NCBI GenBank assembly: GCA_004764695.1
Contig: SMSO01000025.1
Coordinates: forward strand, 4,132,862 to 4,196,861
DNA: 64,000 nucleotides
Direction: 5' to 3'
Origin: Schizochytrium sp. TIO01
Lineage: Eukaryota; Protista; Bigyra: Labyrinthulomycetes
The notes under the pieces were generated by a model. It saw nothing but the letters and a program-made list of their open reading frames with translations. It made no database searches and was not told where the DNA came from. Each line of letters starts with the position of its first letter. Position 1 is the first letter of the stretch. Made by a program: the position numbers and the translations under genes. Below, piece by piece: positions 11,752 to 21,020 of this stretch.

Positions 11752-13842
11752 ATGACGACCGAAGCCGCGACTGCCTGCTCGACTCGGCCGTCTTCTCCTT
11801 CTTCTGTGGCGCCTGACCGTGGCGTAAAGCGTGCGCGCACATCCTCCACCTCGGATGGAGCTCTTCATGTGATTGTGCCCCTGGTCGCTGGGTTCCTGCG
11901 CCAGGGAGAGGCCCGAGGGCGCCTCGCTCCGGTTTCAAAGAGCATGCGCACAGCAGCTTCGCGCGCGCCGGTGGTGACCATTGACACGAATGATCCTTGC
12001 GTTGTGGCCCAGATGTTCGCTCTGCATGGCGTTGACAGAAACACCAGACTCGCCAAAGACGCGGAATGGTCCCGCATCTTCAGGCCCGCACTCTACGGGC
12101 TGCCTGACTGCTTGCGATGGAAGCCTTTCGCAAACGCGGGCCATGTTCTTGCACTCTCTGTGCTGCCCAAGGGTGCCGTCGCCGCTCTCGTTCCACTCTC
12201 CGCCGCCCAGTGCGCCGCCGCGGGACTTAACCTCGCAGACCTTCGCGTAGGAGACGCCCTTGCGCTGCCTCATCTTGAGCCACAGGCCAGCGATGGCGTT
12301 GAAAAATTTGACTGGGGCCTCAAATACGTTCGTGTCATCGCAAAACCGCGACAGGACAAGGGCCAAGACCTTAAAACCGACGTCAAGAAAGAACTTGAAC
12401 AAAAAGAGACCAAAAACGATCTTCAACATGACACCAAACTTGTCATCATGGTGCCCACTATGGCTGACCTCGCCACCGTAGGCTCGTGGCACTTCAGGGC
12501 GCGCGGTGGGTGGGCACTCGGCAACCTTTGGGCCAGACTTTCGAGGAAACCCGTCAGCGACGGCGTGACATGGGGGGACGACATTGTGCCCAAAGATCTT
12601 CTCTCAGCCTGCACAGCGCATATAGATGCACTTGCGCAAGATCGTACGCCAGATTACAGGCCAGGAACAGACAAGGTGGTTCGCAACCACGTGGACCCGA
12701 TGTTGTATGGATTTGAGGTGGGCGTCTCCAAGTTTGAGCCATCAAAGGATCTTCCAAAGATGCCGTCGTTCGGTGCAGGACTCGCGAGAAAAGACCATTG
12801 GGGAAGGCTGTGGCGTGATGCAAGATATACTGCTATTGCATCCTACTTTGACCTTGACTCGGATAAGAGGGTGACTATAAGGAACGATATCAATGGCCTT
12901 CGACCTGCAGACAAGTATACGGATTTGTATAAGACAATTGCAAGGACATTTCAGACGGTGGTACCAAGAGTTGAAGCAGTTTTGTCATATGTACGGTGGT
13001 TCAAGATCAATGAGGACTGCTCATCATGCTCAGCACCCCCGTCTTGCCCAAAACCTTCTCCAAAATGCGCAACTATCCCAAGCCGATGCGTTGAGTGCAT
13101 TGATGAAGCGGTGCCGCTTGAACGTGTAAACTTGGCTAACTCAGCCCTGCAGGTTGTAACAAAAATAATGGACTACGAGCTCGAACCTGGACAGGAGTAC
13201 ACGCACAAACCATACAAGTACCTTTGGCAAGTTGCAGGCATGGCTCATGAACACATTGTCGCCACATGCATAACTGTTCTGGAGCAAGACCCAGCTATCA
13301 AGGGTGGCGAGCTTGTCTTCCAGAGGGCCTTCACTGCTGCCGAGCGCAAGCTCTTCACAAAGCTGCATGAAGATAAATGCAGTCCGGCCTTCAAGACGCT
13401 CATGGAGTTTGCGCACCAGCCCCTCGGTCGCGTGGCTACTCAGGAGGGGCGTACCATCGTCTTTCCCAACAGCCACGAGTACAGGTTAACCAAAATGACA
13501 AATACATCCAATCAGCCAGCAAGACGTCGCGTCCTTGTCTTCTTCATTGTTGACCCCAACTATCGTGTTGTATCCACCCAGGAAGTGCCAGATCAGAGCA
13601 AGGTTTTGACTCCGGAGGAAGCTCGTAAAAGACGCATTGACCACTTTGAGGAGCGAAATGTCAACTGCTTCTTGCGGAACCCGATCAGGCTCCGTACATC
13701 TCACATTCACCACAGTACTGAACCGGTTCATGTTTACGAAACTGCGTATGACGAACGCCGGAGACCAAGCGTGTCAGAACCACCACGTTTCTCAGATCTT
13801 CTCTTTAGTGGACACCATTGCCCAATTTGTGATTGCAACTGA
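11752..13842 (+). CDS. F-box-like + DUF4246 (2OG-Fe(II) oxygenase-fold) domain protein, metal ligands apparently substituted; 696 aa
   Basis: First ATG at 11752. DUF4246-type motifs: DYRPGTDKVVRNHVDPMLY, LQVVTKIMDYELEPG, WQVAGMAHEHIVAT, GRVATQEGRTIVFPN, RRVLVFFIVDPNYRVVSTQEVP. N-terminal LHVIVPLVAGFL...RLAPVSKSMR resembles an F-box. Confidence 0.85.
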   Translation: MTTEAATACSTRPSSPSSVAPDRGVKRARTSSTSDGALHVIVPLVAGFLRQGEARGRLAPVSKSMRTAASRAPVVTIDTNDPCVVAQMFALHGVDRNTRLAKDAEWSRIFRPALYGLPDCLRWKPFANAGHVLALSVLPKGAVAALVPLSAAQCAAAGLNLADLRVGDALALPHLEPQASDGVEKFDWGLKYVRVIAKPRQDKGQDLKTDVKKELEQKETKNDLQHDTKLVIMVPTMADLATVGSWHFRARGGWALGNLWARLSRKPVSDGVTWGDDIVPKDLLSACTAHIDALAQDRTPDYRPGTDKVVRNHVDPMLYGFEVGVSKFEPSKDLPKMPSFGAGLARKDHWGRLWRDARYTAIASYFDLDSDKRVTIRNDINGLRPADKYTDLYKTIARTFQTVVPRVEAVLSYVRWFKINEDCSSCSAPPSCPKPSPKCATIPSRCVECIDEAVPLERVNLANSALQVVTKIMDYELEPGQEYTHKPYKYLWQVAGMAHEHIVATCITVLEQDPAIKGGELVFQRAFTAAERKLFTKLHEDKCSPAFKTLMEFAHQPLGRVATQEGRTIVFPNSHEYRLTKMTNTSNQPARRRVLVFFIVDPNYRVVSTQEVPDQSKVLTPEEARKRRIDHFEERNVNCFLRNPIRLRTSHIHHSTEPVHVYETAYDERRRPSVSEPPRFSDLLFSGHHCPICDCN

Positions 13843-13926
13843 CCTCGCACCGTTTTCACATCCACCCGATTCTCTTCTTCTTTTTTCGTACTAATTTCAA
13901 AGAACTAGGATATCGTTACACTATCA

Positions 13927-14208
13927 TTATCTTTTCTTGTGTACAAGATAATAACATCTATGTCTTGAGATGTTCAAGTAAGCTCTTGTTAACTCGATAT
14001 TGGTAGCCTGAGTTTGCTTGGTGTGATCAATAGACTCGCGAGGTTGGGCCATGAGTTCGTCGTTGCGCTCACTAGCTTGTTCATGACGCTGCTTGTGAAG
14101 GTCGGCGAAGTTGTTGGTAATTTGTAAAGCATGGACCGCCGCGATGAGATCTTCCTTGTGGAGATCCATGAGGTAAGAGTCGGCATCGTTAGGCTCGGGC
14201 CTGACCAT
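13927..14208 (-). CDS. Hypothetical small helical/coiled-coil protein, 93 aa
   Basis: ATG-initiated ORF, more GC-rich than its AT-rich flanks; no recognised motif. Confidence 0.35.
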   Translation of the reverse strand: MVRPEPNDADSYLMDLHKEDLIAAVHALQITNNFADLHKQRHEQASERNDELMAQPRESIDHTKQTQATNIELTRAYLNISRHRCYYLVHKKR

Positions 14209-14439
14209 TGTTGTGTCGGGAGGTTACGGGATGCTGGAGGCCACTTGAAGGTTGGGGCTTTTGGTTGAGTTTAGTTTGGTGCAAAAAATACCTTTACATT
14301 TTTTTGTTCTATTGATATAACTAATTTAACACTAACTAATAGAAACTAATCAATCTGTTTACATCTTTTTTTAAATCAAGAAATAATTGTTCATTTTTTA
14401 AAAAGAAAAAAAGGAAGGAATCTGACTAATATAAAATTA

Positions 14440-14715
14440 CTAGAGTTTATTCGTTTGAGTGATTTCAAGATTTTTAAGAGCCTCTTGAGCATGATAAATT
14501 TTGTCCAGACGCATAATCTCTTCAATCAATTCGCGCTTACGCGGAATCTGCCATTTCGTACGTGAGATCGTTGTGAGGTCAGAAACGCCAGTACCAATGT
14601 GTGGACACGTTGCCCATCTCGGCGTGTATTTACATTTCATACAAGTGAGGATTACCTCGATCTCGTCTGAGTTGTAGATAACATTCATCGTGCATGTGTG
14701 TCTCTTAACAAACAC
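14440..14715 (-). CDS. Small ORF or exon with SWIM-like Zn-finger (C-x2-C-x8-C-x-H)
   Basis: TCMKCKYTPRWATCPHI motif; first ATG at 14688; AT-rich flanks. Could be a transposase fragment. Confidence 0.35.
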   Translation of the reverse strand: MFVKRHTCTMNVIYNSDEIEVILTCMKCKYTPRWATCPHIGTGVSDLTTISRTKWQIPRKRELIEEIMRLDKIYHAQEALKNLEITQTNKL

Positions 14716-15023
14716 ACAAACAAAGATTGATAATATATATATATTTTTTCAAGGCAACATATAATTATTGTTAATTTTATTAAATCTGACTAGATAACTT
14801 GTATGGCTTCTATCATAGTGTTTATTCTAATCTTGACTTAGCAGGAAAAAAATGAAAAGACAGAGAAAGTTTTAAAAAGTTAAATAAATAAATGAAAAGG
14901 AATGTACATCTTGTAGTACGATGAGCCTTCACAAGCTCATTTGTTAATTTTATTAAAATGTTTTTTTAAAATTAACCTTAGCAAGCACATCTTAAAAAAT
15001 ACCTTTGAAACAAAAAAAAACAT

Positions 15024-17150
15024 TTAAGACTGCTCTGCTCTCACTGTCTTCAACTCACGCCGAAGTACATCAATCTCCCGATCTGCAGATTGACCGAAAG
15101 CTTCCTCACTCATGTCCGTCTTGCGCTCAGCCATGCCAAAGTCGATAATGACAGGCCTTTGAGTTTCCTTATTACACAGGACATTGCGAGCCGCAACATC
15201 ACCGTGCAACACACCGAGGCTGTGGACCGCATCGAGAGCACGCACTGCCTCTTCCACAAAGTCATCCGTGATGTCTTCAGGTGACAAAGACTCACCAGCA
15301 TACTTTGTTCCAAAACCGTACATAACATGATCATCAAATATTCCATGATCGATGAACTCGGGGATATTTTCGCCTTGTAGCGATTCCAATTGCTTGTAGA
15401 TTTCAGCTTCATATTCAAATGCGGGAATCTCATGTTGTTGTTTAAACATGTCCAGTACCTTCACCACATTGTCGCTCTTTTCTTCTCCTAGTTGGGGGAA
15501 ATGAAAGCGAAATACTGGTCCCGTGCGGCCTTCTGGGAGATCACTAAACTCCCCGCAACGTATTGCCTCGAGCATGTCAACCGCGCTACCATCACTTGTA
15601 TAACCGCTACCATAGCCACGCACATCTTTTTTATCTTGTGATTTCTTCGTTTCATGCTTCACGTCCCGGTCACTCCTACATTTTTCTGGTAGTGTCATAC
15701 GACTTGGGTCCTTGGGTCCTTTTGCTTCACCACCACAGGGAACCATGATCATCTCATCGATAGTTCCAATATCCATATCCGTTTTATCACCAGCGATAAG
15801 AATAGCAAGTGCAATAAGCTGCATCGTACTGATTTCTCCATTCTCAATGTCTCCTACCTTATTATATGTAACGGGTTTAGTGATGAGCAGGTTGCCAGCA
15901 CAATCCCTAATGAAAACATGGGTATGCAGGTAGTTCGAGTAAATGCCAACCAAGAGACCATTCAAGTACATATAGTTATAAAGTTGTCGAATGACCGAAT
16001 GATCTAGGTGCCGTTGGGAAGTGCAGCCCACACCGTCACATCTGTAGTCACAATAATGCTTACCGAGATCAATGGTTGGAAAGCCAGGACCTTTGAATTC
16101 GCCCGCGATCATCGGTTCCTGACGTCTTAGAAACGGCGAACTAAACTGCGAATCACCATCTCCTTGGATACCACGACTAATCATAAAGTCCATTAGACCT
16201 CGCGGCGCAGGTTCCCTTACAGCTGAGGTGTACAGACTCATTGATTCTGGTACCTTCTCATTGCCAGAATCATTCATGGCCGTCAATAAGTAGGCCGTGA
16301 AAAGATCAAAAGCTTTTTCGACTGATTGCTCAGTTCCTAACCTACTCAAACTAGTCATGCATCGAAATGCTACCGTGATGTCGAGTGTAGAAGATAGTTT
16401 ATTCAGGGTGTCAATGTAGTTTCGACGGCGGCAATAACTCAAGAAGTCATTGATAGACCACGTTCTCACTTTCATGGGCGATACAGGATCGTTGTCAAGG
16501 TTCGCAAGACTTGTAGGGTTCGCGAGTAATTCACCCGTCTCCTTCAAAGTTGGCAAAGCTTGTTGAAACACCGTGCTGAGACTTTTCGGTTCGGAACCGT
16601 GGGACAGATCAGTTCTCTTTAGCTCCTCGATTTTTGCTTTAGATTTCTGGATATATCCATCAAGTCTGACAAGGCGTTGTTTTTGGCAATGAAGTAGTTG
16701 CTTGGTCAGTTTTAAGGATGCTTCCGCTTCGAGAAGGTAGCTCATCTGACTCTTGTAAAGTCCCATGTACGAAGGTTTATACGAACCTTTTAACCCATCA
16801 TAGAAATCACTTTCATCGATGGAGCCCTTTGAAAAGGTACGCAGCCAGTCGTAATCGTCATCTCCTAAGGTTCCAATGAGTTTCTGTTTCAGTCTCTCAA
16901 TTGTTTGCGACCTTTTGGCTCTTTCACCCTCGAGGTACGTCATTTGTTGAAGCGTATAATTATACTCCTCCTTTTTTTTCTTGAGCTCAGCTCTAGCCGC
17001 CTCAAGGCTAGATTGAACAATGGTTGCCGGATTTACACTACTCAACACTCTGCTACCTTCTCGGGTCGGTCCAATCATCCGAAATACCGAAGAGGTATCT
17101 CCTTGGCGTGAACCTATAGAACTGGCAGCTCTCCTTACTATCCTGAACAT
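15024..17150 (-). CDS. Coiled-coil + PD-(D/E)xK restriction-endonuclease-fold + compact protein kinase (Crinkler/CR-type REase-kinase architecture); 708 aa
   Basis: ATG at 17150. Kinase motifs EGRTGPVF, VVK, EAEIY..L..LQG..IP, VLHGDVAARNVL, IIDFG. Central MDF...AGEFK...IRQLYNYM..NGLLVGIYSNY..T..F block is typical of the REase-fold partner domain. Confidence 0.85.
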   Translation of the reverse strand: MFRIVRRAASSIGSRQGDTSSVFRMIGPTREGSRVLSSVNPATIVQSSLEAARAELKKKKEEYNYTLQQMTYLEGERAKRSQTIERLKQKLIGTLGDDDYDWLRTFSKGSIDESDFYDGLKGSYKPSYMGLYKSQMSYLLEAEASLKLTKQLLHCQKQRLVRLDGYIQKSKAKIEELKRTDLSHGSEPKSLSTVFQQALPTLKETGELLANPTSLANLDNDPVSPMKVRTWSINDFLSYCRRRNYIDTLNKLSSTLDITVAFRCMTSLSRLGTEQSVEKAFDLFTAYLLTAMNDSGNEKVPESMSLYTSAVREPAPRGLMDFMISRGIQGDGDSQFSSPFLRRQEPMIAGEFKGPGFPTIDLGKHYCDYRCDGVGCTSQRHLDHSVIRQLYNYMYLNGLLVGIYSNYLHTHVFIRDCAGNLLITKPVTYNKVGDIENGEISTMQLIALAILIAGDKTDMDIGTIDEMIMVPCGGEAKGPKDPSRMTLPEKCRSDRDVKHETKKSQDKKDVRGYGSGYTSDGSAVDMLEAIRCGEFSDLPEGRTGPVFRFHFPQLGEEKSDNVVKVLDMFKQQHEIPAFEYEAEIYKQLESLQGENIPEFIDHGIFDDHVMYGFGTKYAGESLSPEDITDDFVEEAVRALDAVHSLGVLHGDVAARNVLCNKETQRPVIIDFGMAERKTDMSEEAFGQSADREIDVLRRELKTVRAEQS

Positions 17151-17779
17151 GGTGTTCAAACGATTGTTGGATCCTCGAACGATTGGGGTCTGCTGCTGCT
17201 GCAGACTAGTTTGTGATGTTTGGTGTGAAGCTTCGTCTAATGTTTATACATTATTTACTAACGAACCCTAGACGATGTTTTTTTTTGTTTCACACACCCA
17301 GTATCATCTATCTAGTATAAATTCTAAGTTATTTTTTTGTGGTCGTGTGCACGCGCTGAAAATTTTATTTGTTATCTTACTCACTATAGTAATTTAAAAA
17401 AAAAAAAAAAAAAAACTTACTTGTACGTACTATTACGAAAGAAATTCCGCGAATTGAGGAACCCTCGCTCGCCAAGGACAACTTTCACCAACTTACTGGA
17501 GAAATATCATCATTTGGAAGGGCAGAAAAAAAAACTAAGAGAAGACTACCCTACTGATAAATTGCACACATAAGAGATAGGTCTACGTAAAAACATATCT
17601 TTTAAAAATGTTAAATTTCTTTAAAGCTAGTCTATTTTAATTTTTAGATCACCTTAGAACAATAACAAAATCATATTGTTTCTTTCTAGTAGCTTAGTGT
17701 TTCATATGAAAAAAAAAAAGAGAATACTTATATTTGATCTAATTGGAAGGAAGCTTCCAGTTAGATCATCTACCTCGTG

Positions 17780-18612
17780 ATGGAACACCATTCGTCAGCC
17801 CTTGCCAAGTTTGCAATCACGTTGTGCACGATGCTAGCATGCGCTGCCATTGCCATGCACACCTCATGGTCTTTTGAGATGCACACTGGTGCTGGTAATC
17901 TTGGTCCCGAGATTCACAGCGTGCGGCCTCAAGTTTTGTATGATGCCAATCTATACTTTGAGAAAGATCTTCTTCGGCTTAAGAGGCCCATGCATCAAGA
18001 CCATATCACGGTGTTTGTGGTTGGTCCAGAATTATCGGGAACGCGTTACTTGAGTCGCGGCATTGCTCAATTGATCGATTCCAACATGACCTGGGATGGC
18101 GAATTTCCCGTCTGCAAGCGCTTGCGTGAAAGAAATGTCGATCGCCCACGCACATATGACATTGTTCACATTTCACTTCCCTTAGGCGGCGGAAGCTGCG
18201 ACGAACTAGACGTTGTGCGTGTGCCAAGATTTTGATATTTGTGAACGTCACGAATGGGGCAAGCGTCGTGTTTTTGATGATACTTTTAATTTTCTACAAA
18301 TACACCGCGAAAATAGTAGAGCTCTTTTTATCACTAGAGATCGCTCCGCCTCGTTGAAATCCAAAACCACTTATCATTGTCCCGGCAACCCCACGGGCGC
18401 CGAGGCTGAACTCGAGCTTGGACTTTCGATGATTCGCAAGCAACTTCTTTCCAAAGCTACACATAGCTCAGTTTTGGGAAATCGAATATGAAGAATTCGA
18501 CAACTTCCCTCTCTTGACACGACTCAAGATTGTGCTTTTCCTAGATTTGCATGCATTAGACGATCACGACTTAAGCAAACTACCCCGCTTTACTACCGGT
18601 AATCACTTTTAA
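17780..18612 (+). pseudogene. Type II membrane sulfotransferase-like pseudogene (two frameshifts)
   Basis: N-terminal TM and VVGPELSGTRYL (5'-PSB loop-like). A shift near 18220 leads to FITRDRSASLKS (3'-PB-like). A shift near 18470-18480 leads to EYEEF...LKIVLFL, stop at 18610-18612. Confidence 0.6.
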
Positions 18613-18643
18613 ACCAAAAAAAGATTTGAAACTCGATTAAATC

Positions 18644-19041
18644 TTAACAACGCTCACCGCGAATACGGCGAGCAAGCTGGATATCCTTAGGCATCATTGT
18701 GACACGCTTGGCGTGAATGGTGCATAGGTTTGTATCTTCGAACATGCCTACGAGGTAGGCCTCGGAGGCCTCCTGGAGAGCGAGAATAGCCGTACTCTGA
18801 AAGCGGAGATCAGTCTTGAACTCCTGCGCGATCCCACGAACGAGGCGCTGGAAAGGGAGCTCGCGGATGAGGAGCTCGGTGGACTTTCGCTACTTGCGAA
18901 TTTCGCAGTCCCAGGGCGGTAGCGGTGGGGCCTTTTGACGCCGCCGGTAGGCGGCATCTTCCCCGCGGCCTTGGTAGCAAGCTGCTTGCGGGGAGCCTTG
19001 CCACCGCTGGACTTGCGCGCAGTCTGCTTGGTACGGGCCAT
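18644..19041 (-). pseudogene. H3: Histone H3 pseudogene
   Basis: [25 protein letters not shown]...PHRYRPGT, then a 10-nt deletion (VALR lost, frameshift ~18905) and a premature TAG at 18890-18892. Then KSTELLIR...[30 protein letters not shown]...[14 protein letters not shown]. Confidence 0.93.
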
Positions 19042-19107
19042 TCTTGTAATTGGGGTGCTTACTTTGAGTTATGGTTTTGGAAACCCCAAAATGCTTCAAC
19101 GAAGGGA

Positions 19108-19161
19108 GTTGGACTAACTTCCAACAAGGTTGAGAGCGGGAATTGGACTAACTTCCAATTC
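19108..19161. promoter_or_regulatory. Pair of palindromic direct repeats between the H3 pseudogene and a divergent micro-ORF
   Basis: GTTGGA-CTAACT-TCCAAC (19108-19125) and GAATTGGA-CTAACT-TCCAATTC (19140-19161). Regulatory role is inferred from position only. Confidence 0.4.
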
Positions 19162-19198
19162 GTGAATTAGTGTGGAGGAACCAAGCAAAGCACAATCA

Positions 19199-19333
19199 AT
19201 GGTAGAGTTTACGCACGAGACGATTAATAAGAAGTTCAAGTTGCTGGAATTTCGACACAGGCAGGCGACCAAGGAGGAGCATGGGTACCCTGTCGGGACA
19301 GACTTTTACGCTATCCTTACCTTCCAGAAATAA
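19199..19333 (+). CDS. Hypothetical 44-aa micro-ORF MVEFTHETINKKFKLLEFRHRQATKEEHGYPVGTDFYAILTFQK
   Basis: ATG in A/C-rich context, coding-like codon use, AT-rich DNA after TAA; below the ORF-track cutoff. Confidence 0.35.
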   Translation: MVEFTHETINKKFKLLEFRHRQATKEEHGYPVGTDFYAILTFQK

Positions 19334-19977
19334 AACATGTAAACTTGCCCTTTGTTTATAATTGCTGCTGTGGCTGCCGAAGGCTTTAGGTTCATTTTAT
19401 TGTCTCCCCGATTATGCTACCTCTGTATAAAAAGTCAATGCACTGTCAATTTACTTCTTTTCATTTCTTCCTTATGTTCTTTAAAAATATATAGATAACA
19501 TCCCAATTAGGATCCACCATCAGCGCATCCCTACTTTCGAGCAATATTCAGGTTTATGGGTACCAGGGTAACTACTCTAAGATTCTTCGATTAAGTATGG
19601 ATGAATGACTTTCTTTAGCTTGAGGTTATAATAAATAAAGGTCTCATTATGTATTATTATTGGTAAAATATTTCTCTACTAGTAAGCGAAAAGACAATAT
19701 GCTTAGCTCAAACCAATTGAACTATCAAGCTATTGCAATGTGAACCCAGTTTTGACATGATTCTATTTTGAAAAACCATAATTATACCCAATTTCTCCTC
19801 AACTGAATCATCCTTGTCCAGAGTTTCCCAATTCTCTCACTTTGGCGCTCATGATTTAGTTAACTTCTTCTTTTTTAATTTAAGACGTAATTTTTATTGT
19901 ATTCTTTTAATTAAAATCGTTATTTCTTTAACAAAAAATATATTTTTAAAAAGTATACTGCAAAGATAAAAATAATA

Positions 19978-20049
19978 TGGACACTCGGAGAATTGAACTC
20001 CGGACCTCCCGCATGCTAAGCGGGCGCTCTACCACTGAGCTAAGCGCCC
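19978..20049 (-). tRNA. tRNA-Ala(AGC)
   Basis: Identical 72-nt body. Confidence 0.97.
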
Positions 20050-20145
20050 ATTTTGGTTGTTGAAGGAATTTTTGCAGTAAGCCATTATATTTCATAACAA
20101 GGTTTTTTCTTTAAAAAATAGTTAATCCGAAAGGGGAAAAAAGAA

Positions 20146-20217
20146 TGGACACTCGGAGAATTGAACTCCGGACCTCCCGCATGCTAAGCGGGCGCTCTAC
20201 CACTGAGCTAAGCGCCC
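20146..20217 (-). tRNA. tRNA-Ala(AGC)
   Basis: Identical 72-nt body. Confidence 0.97.
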
Positions 20218-20308
20218 AATCCGATCAGATGACGGCAAACTAACATCGACTCAATATGAGTTGAATTTCACATATTCGTAACTTTAAAAAAATACATACA
20301 AAAAGAAA

Positions 20309-20380
20309 TGGACACTCGGAGAATTGAACTCCGGACCTCCCGCATGCTAAGCGGGCGCTCTACCACTGAGCTAAGCGCCC
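20309..20380 (-). tRNA. tRNA-Ala(AGC)
   Basis: Identical 72-nt body. Confidence 0.97.
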
Positions 20381-20483
20381 TAGGTCAGGTAATGTTCGTG
20401 TGGAATGCAATGGAACATATATAATAATAGTATTAGAGGAACCTCAGAAAAAATACCCCATACAAAAATCAAAAAATATAATC

Positions 20484-20555
20484 TGGACACTCGGAGAATT
20501 GAACTCCGGACCTCCCGCATGCTAAGCGGGCGCTCTGCCACTGAGCTAAGCGCCC
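20484..20555 (-). tRNA. tRNA-Ala(AGC), D-loop C20 variant
   Basis: 72-nt body, GGCA D-loop. Confidence 0.97.
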
Positions 20556-20698
20556 AATTTTGTGATATGAAATGACATTCGACAGTTCAACATCAAGAGG
20601 AAATTTCAGTCTTTCAGCTAAGAAATTGATTCAAAAAAGAGTGAATTAAAAGAATTGGCCACAGAGGTTGTATCTCAAAGAAAACGCCAGACAAAATT

Positions 20699-20895
<197 letters not shown>

Positions 20896-20948
20896 AATTT
20901 TAAATAAAAAAAAATTAAAAAAAATTAAAATAAAAAGGATATGAATTC

Positions 20949-21020
20949 TGGACACTCGGAGAATTGAACTCCGGACCTCCCGCATGCTAAGCGGGCGCTC
21001 TACCACTGAGCTAAGCGCCC
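20949..21020 (-). tRNA. tRNA-Ala(AGC)
   Basis: Identical 72-nt body. Confidence 0.97.

Noticed and set aside
17378-17415. ACTCACTATAG (CACTA terminus or T7 promoter tail) followed by A20
   Set aside because: No matching inverted terminus or TSD was found, and the upstream bases do not match the T7 promoter; probably chance.
18950-18965. H3 'K-M' as a K27M oncohistone-like allele
   Set aside because: K27 is retained and the Met follows it; the gene is also frameshifted.
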